In this document: one piece after another, positions 1 through 8,349 of the stretch
Numbering within the stretch: the stretch's first letter is position 1
Layout of the letters: the number at the start of each line of letters is the position of its first letter
Virus record (IMG/VR): IMGVR_UViG_3300037067_012588
Length of the DNA stretch: 64,000 bases
Direction: 5' to 3' (one strand)
DNA from: a virus
Lineage: Duplodnaviria > Caudoviricetes
Notes under the pieces: model-generated
Seen by the model: the letters and a program-made list of their open reading frames with translations, nothing else
The model's database searches: none
What the model was told of the DNA's origin: nothing
Translations under genes and position numbers: made by a program

Positions 1-406
1 GTGCCTCATTACGAACAAACCATTTACCCTTATCCTTCTCTGGAACACGCTGCCCAAGAGTTTTCTTGAAACCAGCCAACTCGCCAAGCTCATCAGAATC
101 AGGCTCAATATCATGCGCATTCAGAATATTTTGAACCTTCTTCAGAGTGTTTGAACGAACCTTAGTTTTTGTTCGATTCTCTTCTATACCATCATTATTC
201 TCAACAGGTTTCAATTTAGGCTCTGGAGCTTTCTCGGCAGGCTTATTTGTTGAAGTTCCCTTACCATCGACAACCGAATGATCTTCTCGTTTTGCTCCAG
301 GATGCTTCTTGAGATATGCCTCAAGAGCTTCTTTCGATGGAAATTCTATACCGACAAGCATCTTAGCACAACGAAGCAATTCGGATGCAATAGATTTCTT
401 ATTCAC
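1..406 (-). CDS. Hypothetical protein, 3'-truncated by the window edge (MNKKSIASELLRCAKMLVGIEFPSKEALEAYLKKHPGA...); possibly a virion internal protein
   Basis: Not in the ORF track. Translated by hand from GTG at 406, preceded by GGAGA; the frame stays open to position 1. Carries the IAxELxxxAxxL motif also seen at 61843-63306. Confidence 0.75.
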   Translation of the reverse strand, partial: MNKKSIASELLRCAKMLVGIEFPSKEALEAYLKKHPGAKREDHSVVDGKGTSTNKPAEKAPEPKLKPVENNDGIEENRTKTKVRSNTLKKVQNILNAHDIEPDSDELGELAGFKKTLGQRVPEKDKGKWFVRNEA

Positions 407-461
407 GACTTTTCTCCATGAAAAAAAACAACCCTATACAAAAAGGCTGCCAATAAACAAA

Positions 462-1217
462 TTATATCCAACTGTTTCTGCGCCAACCACGAGTCTTCCC
501 ATAAGAATGAGTTCCTCCACGACCAACACCACGAACGGCATTGTAGTAAACTTGAGTCGGACCAGAAAGGAGGTTTCCAATCTTGAATTTCTCATTGTCT
601 ATCGTCTTGTACGCCCGATCTTCAGCATTACTCTTGATTGTCTCAAGTTGACTAATAATATCGCCACCACCTTCTTCGAGCTGGTTTCCACTGATGGCGA
701 AAATCAATCTTCCACGCCACATCGTATAGTCGGTAATCAACCGCTCCATACAAAGAGCAACAACCAAATCAGCAACAACACCATCCCACCAAGGAGGCAT
801 TGTTGTAATCTTGTAATCGGTTGCGGAACCAACAGCTCCCGTGTTAACGATATTGACAACCGTATCAAGATAACCCTTCAAGACAACAGCAGGAAAATAA
901 TCGAAACAATATGTGCAGCGGAAGTTATCTCCTGGATTGATTGCTCCAGCTTGAAACATTCCAGATAGATAATCAATATAAGCTGGTGTGACAACCTCAC
1001 TTCCATTTCTGGCAAAAATAAACGAGAATGTAGAATTCCAATTTCCATACGTCTGACGCCAAGACACCCCATCAGGCTGAGGGGTGCTTGGTTCGTCATA
1101 GACTCGAACTTCTCGGAACGCCAACATCCTTGGAGTCAATAGGTTATCTATAATTGCGTCATAATGTTCTTCGCCTATTGCTTCTGTATTAATCGTCGTC
1201 CCTGGAAAAACAGGCAT
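462..1217 (-). CDS. Hypothetical protein, possibly neck/head-completion-like virion protein
   Basis: Track ORF 462..1232; ATG at 1217 follows GGGGGAGA. The helical segment MPPWWDGVVADLVVALCMERL loosely resembles head-tail adaptor proteins (weak). Confidence 0.5.
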   Translation of the reverse strand: MPVFPGTTINTEAIGEEHYDAIIDNLLTPRMLAFREVRVYDEPSTPQPDGVSWRQTYGNWNSTFSFIFARNGSEVVTPAYIDYLSGMFQAGAINPGDNFRCTYCFDYFPAVVLKGYLDTVVNIVNTGAVGSATDYKITTMPPWWDGVVADLVVALCMERLITDYTMWRGRLIFAISGNQLEEGGGDIISQLETIKSNAEDRAYKTIDNEKFKIGNLLSGPTQVYYNAVRGVGRGGTHSYGKTRGWRRNSWI

Positions 1218-1233
1218 TGGATTCTCCCCCAAC

Positions 1234-1509
1234 TCAAGTAAAGCACATACTCTTCAAATTTCTCCACTGCTCTACAAAAGCACGGGCCTTTACCGTACCT
1301 GTGTTACTGTAATATTGCGTCTTCAATTGTCGCAAAGCATTTGACGGAACCTTGAAAACGAACATCACTTTTTCTCTACCTTCTCCCGCAGATACTTTCT
1401 CTGTATTAACCATTGGAATATCAAGCGTCCCAAGATAGGCAGCAAAGTTAATATCGCTAGTGCGATAGATTGTTACTTCGTCGTCTTTTATCTCTTCCAT
1501 TGAAATCAC
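1234..1509 (-). CDS. Small phage protein, DUF5659-like
   Basis: YRTSDINFAAYL...KVMFVF pattern recalls DUF5659; fits the operon spacing. Confidence 0.55.
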   Translation of the reverse strand: MISMEEIKDDEVTIYRTSDINFAAYLGTLDIPMVNTEKVSAGEGREKVMFVFKVPSNALRQLKTQYYSNTGTVKARAFVEQWRNLKSMCFT

Positions 1510-1516
1510 CCTTACT

Positions 1517-1783
1517 CTATCGTTGATCCACTAACTTCGGGGGAGTATGGGATTTCCGCATCCGACGACCTGCCGCTTCATTCTTGGCAGTTCCTTCTTC
1601 CTTCCGCTTCATCGTCTGGCTCGGCCATCCATTTCCCTTCAGGATAAACCCAACACTCCCGTAATAGCGGGGGGCTTCCCCCCCGCAATTACAGGAAACT
1701 TTTTTTGGAGCCTTACCAAGAGGGAAGTTGACCTCAACGATTTCACCACACTTCTCACACTGAAAATCGTACAGGGCCATCAT
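1517..1783 (-). CDS. FmdB-family zinc-ribbon protein (CxxC_CxxC_SSSS-like)
   Basis: MALYDFQCEKCG...CNCGG...GFILKGNGW signature; overlaps the upstream stop codon. Confidence 0.8.
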   Translation of the reverse strand: MMALYDFQCEKCGEIVEVNFPLGKAPKKVSCNCGGEAPRYYGSVGFILKGNGWPSQTMKRKEEGTAKNEAAGRRMRKSHTPPKLVDQR

Positions 1784-2514
1784 TCCTCTCCCTTCACCTG
1801 CAAAGCCTTCCTCGGACGACCAGGACCACGCTTCACAGGAGCAACTACCGCTTCTGTTTTGACAAATGTTGGCATCTTGGCAACCTCGATGTCCTTCGGC
1901 AAACCTTCCGTATCTGCCACGGGCTCCGTAACAATAGTCTTCGGAATAGTAATCTTCGCAACCTTCGGAACACGGACTCCACCCTCGTTCAAACTCGGAC
2001 CAGACACCTCTCCGAGCGAATCATCACGAACAACAGGAAGCTTTGAAGCCTCCGACTGCAACCGTGCAATACGATCTCCAGCAGTCTCATCACCACGAAT
2101 TACCTCAAGAGAATTGCTCTTCTTATTCTCATGAGGCTTGGTCTTTGTGTGACTGATATCAATCTCTGCATGTTCGTCCTGATCCGACTTGATAACAGGC
2201 AAAGGCTTCTTGCTTGCATCGTTATCATCAACAGGGGCTTTATCTTTCGCCAAAGCCGATGGAACATTCTTTGCCGTCACCAAAGCCTTTTCCGAAAATG
2301 GAACAACCCAAGGCTGCCCAGTTTTCTCGGTAAGCTTGTGAAGAGCAATCAGGTCACGGTCACTGTCATAACGACGACCTTCGATGATAATTGCCCCCTC
2401 GTTGACAAGATGCTCAATAACAGTTCCCGGACGGAACGAGTCCCGTACAAACCCAAGGTGCGCCGTCCGACCCAAAACCCACTTCACATTGGTGCTTGGC
2501 TTCACTTTTGCCAT
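1780..2514 (-). CDS. Hypothetical protein with C-terminal AT-hook-like motif
   Basis: 244-aa ORF with GAGGAG SD, a low-complexity charged middle, and KRGPGRPRK near the C-terminus. Confidence 0.65.
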   Translation of the reverse strand: MAKVKPSTNVKWVLGRTAHLGFVRDSFRPGTVIEHLVNEGAIIIEGRRYDSDRDLIALHKLTEKTGQPWVVPFSEKALVTAKNVPSALAKDKAPVDDNDASKKPLPVIKSDQDEHAEIDISHTKTKPHENKKSNSLEVIRGDETAGDRIARLQSEASKLPVVRDDSLGEVSGPSLNEGGVRVPKVAKITIPKTIVTEPVADTEGLPKDIEVAKMPTFVKTEAVVAPVKRGPGRPRKALQVKGEE

Positions 2515-2573
2515 GATACCACTCCTCTTCTCTTTATATTTTCAACCGCACCACACGGTTGAATTCATACTTC

Positions 2574-3197
2574 TCAGATGAGATTACCCATCTCACCATA
2601 ACGACGATTGCCAGTACCTGCGAACAACGCTTCGATAATTGGAGCTTCGACTGTCGAAATCGGCGTGCGCTTCAGGTCACGGACAGTGTGCTGCAGAAGC
2701 TTTACGAGAACATGAACAGGCTCATTCATACTATCACCAGGCTTCCATACTTTCCCCTGTGTGCCGTCATGCAGGAACTTCCATGCAATCCACGGACGGG
2801 TTCCAGTATTTGTTGCCATATCCCAGAAGAACTTGACAAAACGACGAACAACAATCTCTTCACGAGCCGTAACAACAACATCACCATCCACAATAGATGG
2901 GTCAGAAAGGTCTTCAACCGTTGCGATTGTCGTTTTACCCGTCACACCATCGAAAGTCGCATCGCTTGCAACCGTATACGTCCCATCGTTTTCTGTCGAA
3001 CCAGAAACAACAAACGTATCCCCATCATGGAACTCAAGGATATGGTTCCCTTCGACCGAGAAAGCTTTTGCCGCAGCAGCCACAACTCCATATTTGTACT
3101 GCGTCTTCGTCTGGTCTGGCTGATTGATACGCATGGTACGGGCAATCACCCAACCCCAACGAGAATACTGCCACCAACTCACATTTGCATTTGCCAT
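2574..3197 (-). CDS. Hypothetical virion protein with a small beta-domain also present in the giant proteins
   Basis: GGAGG SD. FSVEGNHILEFHDGDTFVVSGSTENDGTYTV resembles VVFEGDVRSSFPVGCAFRIYDETQGNNGVYTV of the 2850-aa protein. Confidence 0.6.
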   Translation of the reverse strand: MANANVSWWQYSRWGWVIARTMRINQPDQTKTQYKYGVVAAAAKAFSVEGNHILEFHDGDTFVVSGSTENDGTYTVASDATFDGVTGKTTIATVEDLSDPSIVDGDVVVTAREEIVVRRFVKFFWDMATNTGTRPWIAWKFLHDGTQGKVWKPGDSMNEPVHVLVKLLQHTVRDLKRTPISTVEAPIIEALFAGTGNRRYGEMGNLI

Positions 3198-3315
3198 TTC
3201 ACACCTCCACTCTTTCCAAGGTGGCCAACCCTATTGTTGGCTTTACCGTTACAACAGCAGAACAATTTCTCACACAGAACCAAAATTGCCCTACTGCCCT
3301 ATACAAGTTATAAAA

Positions 3316-3936
3316 TTATTTTCGAGACACTAAGATAGAAGAAATGTTCGGAAGCTTTTCGTCCCATCGCCTACGAATGATGTCCTCAACATTCCCGCTG
3401 TCGATGTAACGACAACCATGATCTGAAAACCACTTTTGTATACCCGCCAAATTCAAACACCACAAATGCTCATTTGGCTTAAAGTGCCTCCAACCAACAA
3501 GTTCTGACGAATCAGCAACCTTTGGTGTTTCTGGAAAAGAAATAAATGCGTGATTCCACTTAAGCTTAAAAAGGTCTTCGATGTCATCAAAATGTTCAAG
3601 AACATCTGAAAGAACGACCAAATCCCATTCAGTTGTGTCCAATTTCTTTTTTGTAATACTCTCTCCGCTCAAATCAAATCCGACACATGATCCGAAAACA
3701 CTTTCCCCAACCTGAACAAACGTTCCATTGCCAGAACCAATATCCACAACCTTCATCTTCTTCAAAACAGGATACGGGAAATGTGCAGCAATCCATCCTA
3801 CTCTCAAATAAGACATGTCCGTGTTTGTTGACTGCGACTGTTTGTACTCAACACTGTATTCAAACGGCTCATTATCAAGTTGACGCCAAAATCCGTACTT
3901 ATCTTCACGGACAAACTGCGCATTTTTCTTATCCAC
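3316..3936 (-). CDS. Class I SAM-dependent methyltransferase (Methyltransf_23-like)
   Basis: Motif I VVDIGSGNG and downstream DLVVLSDVLEHF; GGGAG SD before the GTG start. Confidence 0.8.
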   Translation of the reverse strand: MDKKNAQFVREDKYGFWRQLDNEPFEYSVEYKQSQSTNTDMSYLRVGWIAAHFPYPVLKKMKVVDIGSGNGTFVQVGESVFGSCVGFDLSGESITKKKLDTTEWDLVVLSDVLEHFDDIEDLFKLKWNHAFISFPETPKVADSSELVGWRHFKPNEHLWCLNLAGIQKWFSDHGCRYIDSGNVEDIIRRRWDEKLPNISSILVSRK

Positions 3937-3958
3937 TATAACGCTCCCGCCAAAAAAG

Positions 3959-4837
3959 TTATTCCGGAACTTCTACACCTGCCTCAGAGGCATAACGACG
4001 ATAAACTTCCTTCAGACACCGAACGCTCTCTTCGGCGATAAAAACAGCGTTCGGATAATTGGCATAGTTCCTCTTCATCGGGTCAATCAACTCATTCACA
4101 TATCCATCCTGCAGCCAATGTCCATGCATCATGTAAACACGTTCACCCATATACGATATGAAATGCTCCCCGTGCATGTCAACCGAACGCCGCACATATG
4201 TCTCTGGCTTCAACATGGTGTGATGGATGTTTGTCCACTGATAGGAATTCAAAAGAACAACATTATCATCCATATATCCCCGCAAAAGAGTGATGAGATT
4301 GAATGTTTCCAAATCGTTTCCTGTCTTGGAATTCCAAATCTCTTCCAACAAGCTCTTGTGAATCTGTGGATTGATAAACGTCGGAACAGTAGAAAAACCC
4401 GTATGAATGACATTGATATTGTCAGGAACTTCAAGGAAATGCTGACGAAAGTGTTTTGACTCATAACGAAGCATTGTGTTATCGGAGCAAACAAGAATCG
4501 CCCCACTCTCAACCATCATGAAAAATGGATCAATACGACTTACCATCATCATATCTGCATCGACAATACATATAGCGTTATACCCCTGTTCACCAAGCTC
4601 CGCAGCTACTTTGAAACGGTGAGTCCTGATTTGCCTGAACTCCGTGTCACACTCTGGAGATTGCACAATAGTGATGCCATCACCATACTGCTTGAATTCA
4701 TCAAGCATCGTTCCGTCCGCAACCGTAATAAAAATCGGAATCTCTGGATGCCATTTTTTAAGGCTGTAAACAAGCACCTTTGCCTCTGGAACATATGCCT
4801 TCGTTACTGGAAAAACAAACGCCCACTTCCTGTCCAT
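3959..4837 (-). CDS. GT-A fold glycosyltransferase (GT8-like)
   Basis: DxD motif in ICIVDADMMMV; N-terminal AYVPEAKVLVYSLKKWHP resembles GT8 starts; late HGH. ATG at 4837 follows AGGAGA (the track start at 4900 overlaps the upstream gene). Confidence 0.65.
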   Translation of the reverse strand: MDRKWAFVFPVTKAYVPEAKVLVYSLKKWHPEIPIFITVADGTMLDEFKQYGDGITIVQSPECDTEFRQIRTHRFKVAAELGEQGYNAICIVDADMMMVSRIDPFFMMVESGAILVCSDNTMLRYESKHFRQHFLEVPDNINVIHTGFSTVPTFINPQIHKSLLEEIWNSKTGNDLETFNLITLLRGYMDDNVVLLNSYQWTNIHHTMLKPETYVRRSVDMHGEHFISYMGERVYMMHGHWLQDGYVNELIDPMKRNYANYPNAVFIAEESVRCLKEVYRRYASEAGVEVPE

Positions 4838-4854
4838 GACTTTCTCCTGTTTTA

Positions 4855-5574
4855 TCATGCCAGACATTTTGAAATAATGTCCGAATCCAATCGTGTCCAC
4901 CCATTTGCAGTTTGAGGAAGGCTGTTCGGATATGCGTTATACACGTCCATCACCCGATTTACCTTCATTGCCTCAGCAAGAGTCCACAAGAACGATGAAT
5001 TACCGACAAACAACTTCGACCCACAAATAACCCTTGCAAACATCAAAAACAAATCTTCACGCTCACCATTGAGAGTATCAACATAACCTACCTTCATACC
5101 AGTCAGCTTTTCGAACTCATCATGTTCTTCTGGAAATCCAATAAAAGCACATTTACCAGCATATGGCTCCAAAGCCGACCAATCAAACGGCGCATCATGA
5201 AATCTTGTCGAACGACTGATAATTATATCTGCAAACTTAAGCGGCTCAACGGTTATCCAAGGTTGAGTCTTATCAATGGAAACTCCAAAACATCTCGCAT
5301 GGGCATCCACAAGAGGAAGGTTTGGTTCAGCCCGAACGTTCAATCGAAAATCGTCCATATTGAAATCAACAGATTCCATATTCCATTCTTGGACATCTAA
5401 AACGTAAGGCTGTGTTGTCAGAAGCGTTCTGAATTGCGGAATGAGAGTCCCATACCAACTAAACTGTCGAAACTCTCTTCGACTTACACGCAATATACCT
5501 CCACCCAAAGCACGCATTGTCGGGAGGCTACAAATCAAGTCACCACATGCGCCACTATGACCGAACGTATTCAC
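4855..5574 (-). CDS. GT-B glycosyltransferase, GT9 (heptosyltransferase)-like
   Basis: HSGACGDLICSLP and LFVGNSSFLWTLAEAM match the GT9 N- and C-terminal motifs. The GTG start overlaps the upstream TGA (GTGA). Confidence 0.65.
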   Translation of the reverse strand: MNTFGHSGACGDLICSLPTMRALGGGILRVSRREFRQFSWYGTLIPQFRTLLTTQPYVLDVQEWNMESVDFNMDDFRLNVRAEPNLPLVDAHARCFGVSIDKTQPWITVEPLKFADIIISRSTRFHDAPFDWSALEPYAGKCAFIGFPEEHDEFEKLTGMKVGYVDTLNGEREDLFLMFARVICGSKLFVGNSSFLWTLAEAMKVNRVMDVYNAYPNSLPQTANGWTRLDSDIISKCLA

Positions 5575-6374
5575 GAGCGAAGAGTCTCCGTCATAAGATT
5601 GCCCCAATACTGGTTGTCGAAATTCAAAGAATTATTATGATAGACAAGCGAAGGAACAGATGTCCACAATTTTGAATTTCTCTGCATCCACATGCCCTTC
5701 CACAAACCACTATCTCCCCAATCTCCAGTCATACCAAGAAAAAAGTTTCCCTGACGATTCAAAGCCTCCAACGTTGCGATATAGGTGAAACAGGCAGAAT
5801 CACCCGTCCTCCAATGATGGTCAAACTCACGAATCAATTCGAGGTCATATCCAGGTCTGTCTTGACGTAACGCCTGAACTGTCAAATGATCTCCATAATG
5901 AGATGGTCCATCATAAAGACTGACGAAATCACCCTTGTGCTTCAACGCCATCTGAAAGGCTTTTGTCAGTGCCGTCTCGTGATACAGATAGTCGTCCTCG
6001 CAAAAGAAAATAACCGTGTCATCATCAGCATATTGCCGAACCTTTTCCATCGATGTCACAAAATGAGTGAAATGTTTTGGCTGCCACTTTGTCGTCTTTG
6101 TTCCATCTGGCATCGTCCGAACATTGCCCTCTTCAACAATTGTATGAACACGCTCGAAGCTGAAGTTGACGTCAGTAATTTCACGAACAATACCCTCTGC
6201 TGCAAGCCCGATAACTTCAGGTGTGTTGTCAGCAATGAGAACAAATTTTGACGGAACTCCAAGAGCCTCAATGAAACCCTGCAAACGCTTCTTGAAGCTC
6301 TTGAGAAAAAGCATCGGAAACGAATCAATTGTTTTCGAGCTGAACCTATACAAAAACAATGCATTAGCACTCAT
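5571..6374 (-). CDS. GT-A fold glycosyltransferase-like protein
   Basis: LIADN and IFFCEDDYLY acidic metal-binding motifs; late HN. Confidence 0.55.
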   Translation of the reverse strand: MSANALFLYRFSSKTIDSFPMLFLKSFKKRLQGFIEALGVPSKFVLIADNTPEVIGLAAEGIVREITDVNFSFERVHTIVEEGNVRTMPDGTKTTKWQPKHFTHFVTSMEKVRQYADDDTVIFFCEDDYLYHETALTKAFQMALKHKGDFVSLYDGPSHYGDHLTVQALRQDRPGYDLELIREFDHHWRTGDSACFTYIATLEALNRQGNFFLGMTGDWGDSGLWKGMWMQRNSKLWTSVPSLVYHNNSLNFDNQYWGNLMTETLRS

Positions 6375-7212
6375 CGAGGTTAATCTCCTTGTTGTACCAA
6401 GACAATTCTGGAATGCCCTTCAGTAGATTCCATCGGGCACAGTTTGGACCAGGATTCCCACGAGCCCAACGTTTCGACCCTTCTCGGATATGATATCCAA
6501 GAACTTCCTCTCCGTTACCGAGTCTGAAGTAAGGAGTTCCATCCGTGGCATGTGAATACTGATTATCCAAACGCACCTGAACACATTCAGGATTCATTCC
6601 GATGGTATATGAGAAAGGACGACAGCAGTCATACTGCTGCGAACCATCAGGCGTTTCACCGTGCGCCCATGAACCAAAATACATCTCCTCATCCATCTTG
6701 GATAATTCTTTCGTCCAATATGGCGGACGTGCGAGCTTTGTGCGGAAAAGAAGCATACAAGGATGAAGAGCAGGAAGACTGTAATCCTCTATCCCAGAAT
6801 CAGGAACGAAGCCAACCATATCAGCCTGTTTCCCATCCTTCTTCATATCAAGCATCTTATCCAACCAATGGTCACACATTGGCCCAGCATCAGCATCCAT
6901 GAACATGCACCACTCTGTCGTCACCGCAGGATAAGCAAGGCGCAACCCGTGGGCATGTGCCCTACCATCTGCGCAAGGAGGCGGATAGGTCGACATCTTC
7001 GTATGCTTCCAGCAATGCATATCGAGACCAGCAATAAACTGGTCGACGTATTTTGATGAACTATCTCGCATCGGAAGGTTTTCGACAAAGATGTGACGAA
7101 TCTTTGCATCATTCTTGAAGTGATTGAAGCCCTCAAGAAGAACATCCAACCAAGGCATACTGTCCTGATAAACAACAATCACGGTTACATCTGGATCGGG
7201 AAACGCTCCCAT
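6364..7212 (-). CDS. GT2-like glycosyltransferase
   Basis: VTVIVVY start, HIFVEN, AHAHGL...WCMFMDADA (DxD). ATG at 7212 follows GGGAGA. Confidence 0.65.
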   Translation of the reverse strand: MGAFPDPDVTVIVVYQDSMPWLDVLLEGFNHFKNDAKIRHIFVENLPMRDSSSKYVDQFIAGLDMHCWKHTKMSTYPPPCADGRAHAHGLRLAYPAVTTEWCMFMDADAGPMCDHWLDKMLDMKKDGKQADMVGFVPDSGIEDYSLPALHPCMLLFRTKLARPPYWTKELSKMDEEMYFGSWAHGETPDGSQQYDCCRPFSYTIGMNPECVQVRLDNQYSHATDGTPYFRLGNGEEVLGYHIREGSKRWARGNPGPNCARWNLLKGIPELSWYNKEINLDEC

Positions 7213-7226
7213 TTTTCTTCTCCCTT

Positions 7227-7778
7227 TCAAGCGATATCTTTTGGCCAAGCGATAAGCAAATCCTTCGGACGAATCGTGCAGTCCTCATACGTCAACCGAT
7301 ATTCTGGGTTGACCTGAAGAAGTGCATCGAGAATATCTTTTTCAGGCGGGAACATAAATTCTCCCTTCTGAGCGCAAGTGATATCGTCCACCATAATAAC
7401 GTGGTCTTTCCGTCCACTGTCACGAATGGCGTTAATCTCTTCCACGAGCGGACACCACTTCTCACCAATAGCCGAAACATCATCATAATGGTGAGCGTCC
7501 AGATAAAACATAATCCTGTCATCGCCTGCCATCTTGATAAGCTCTGGCATCATAGCCAACGAGTCGCCCTTAACAAGAATGAGCTGACCACTCGCAATCT
7601 TGTCCTTGAACCTGTCCGTACAAACACCAAACGCCCAATCGCCAAGCTCGATACTGATGACACGCTTAAAACCGACATCAAAGGCAAACTGGATGCCATC
7701 ACCTTTGTATGATCCTGTCTCAAGAAAAACTCCGCATGTTCCAGCACCTTTTTTCATCGCCTCGTAATTCAATCCCAT
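7227..7778 (-). CDS. SAM-dependent methyltransferase-like protein, paralog 2 (183 aa)
   Basis: VFLETGSYKG, VISIEL, GDS, FYLDAH and IMVDD motifs. ATG at 7778 follows GAAAGGGA and gives the same length as the upstream paralog. Confidence 0.7.
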   Translation of the reverse strand: MGLNYEAMKKGAGTCGVFLETGSYKGDGIQFAFDVGFKRVISIELGDWAFGVCTDRFKDKIASGQLILVKGDSLAMMPELIKMAGDDRIMFYLDAHHYDDVSAIGEKWCPLVEEINAIRDSGRKDHVIMVDDITCAQKGEFMFPPEKDILDALLQVNPEYRLTYEDCTIRPKDLLIAWPKDIA

Positions 7779-7788
7779 GATTTCCCTT

Positions 7789-8340
7789 TCAATCCAAAAC
7801 GTCAGGAGGCCAAGCCACCAACAAATCCTTCGAGCGAATACAATCTTCATAGGTCAACCGATACTCTGGATTGATCTCCATAATGGCATCAATAATGTCC
7901 TTCTCAGGCGGGAATTCAAACTCTCCACGCTGCGCACAAGAAATGTCATCCACCATAATAATGTGATCTTTCCGTCCACTATCACGAATAGCATGAATCT
8001 CTTCAACAAGCGGACACCACTTTACACCGCAACCAGACTCTTCGATATAATGGTGAGCGTCCAAGTAGAAAGTGATTCGTTCTCCATTTGCCATCTTGAT
8101 AAGCTCTGGCATCATAACAAGCGAGTCACCGTGTACAATTGATACACGTCCCGATTTGATGTGTCCCTCGAATCTATTTAGACATTCTTTGTAAAATTCT
8201 TCAGCCAACTCAATACTAATGACTTTCGGAAATCCAACATTTAAACCGCCGCTTATCCCACAACCCTTGTATGAACCAGTCTCCAAAAAGACAGTTGTAT
8301 ATTTCACACTCTTCACCAACGCCTCCGCATTCAAACCCAT
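7789..8340 (-). CDS. SAM-dependent methyltransferase-like protein, paralog 1 (183 aa)
   Basis: Same motifs as 7227..7778; GGAGG SD. Confidence 0.7.
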   Translation of the reverse strand: MGLNAEALVKSVKYTTVFLETGSYKGCGISGGLNVGFPKVISIELAEEFYKECLNRFEGHIKSGRVSIVHGDSLVMMPELIKMANGERITFYLDAHHYIEESGCGVKWCPLVEEIHAIRDSGRKDHIIMVDDISCAQRGEFEFPPEKDIIDAIMEINPEYRLTYEDCIRSKDLLVAWPPDVLD

Positions 8341-8349
8341 CAGAACCTC

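Noticed and set aside
309-968. 219-aa plus-strand ORF (and similar at 1547..2134 and 2559..3338)
   Set aside because: Largely overlaps better-supported minus-strand genes that have SD motifs; no recognisable domains.
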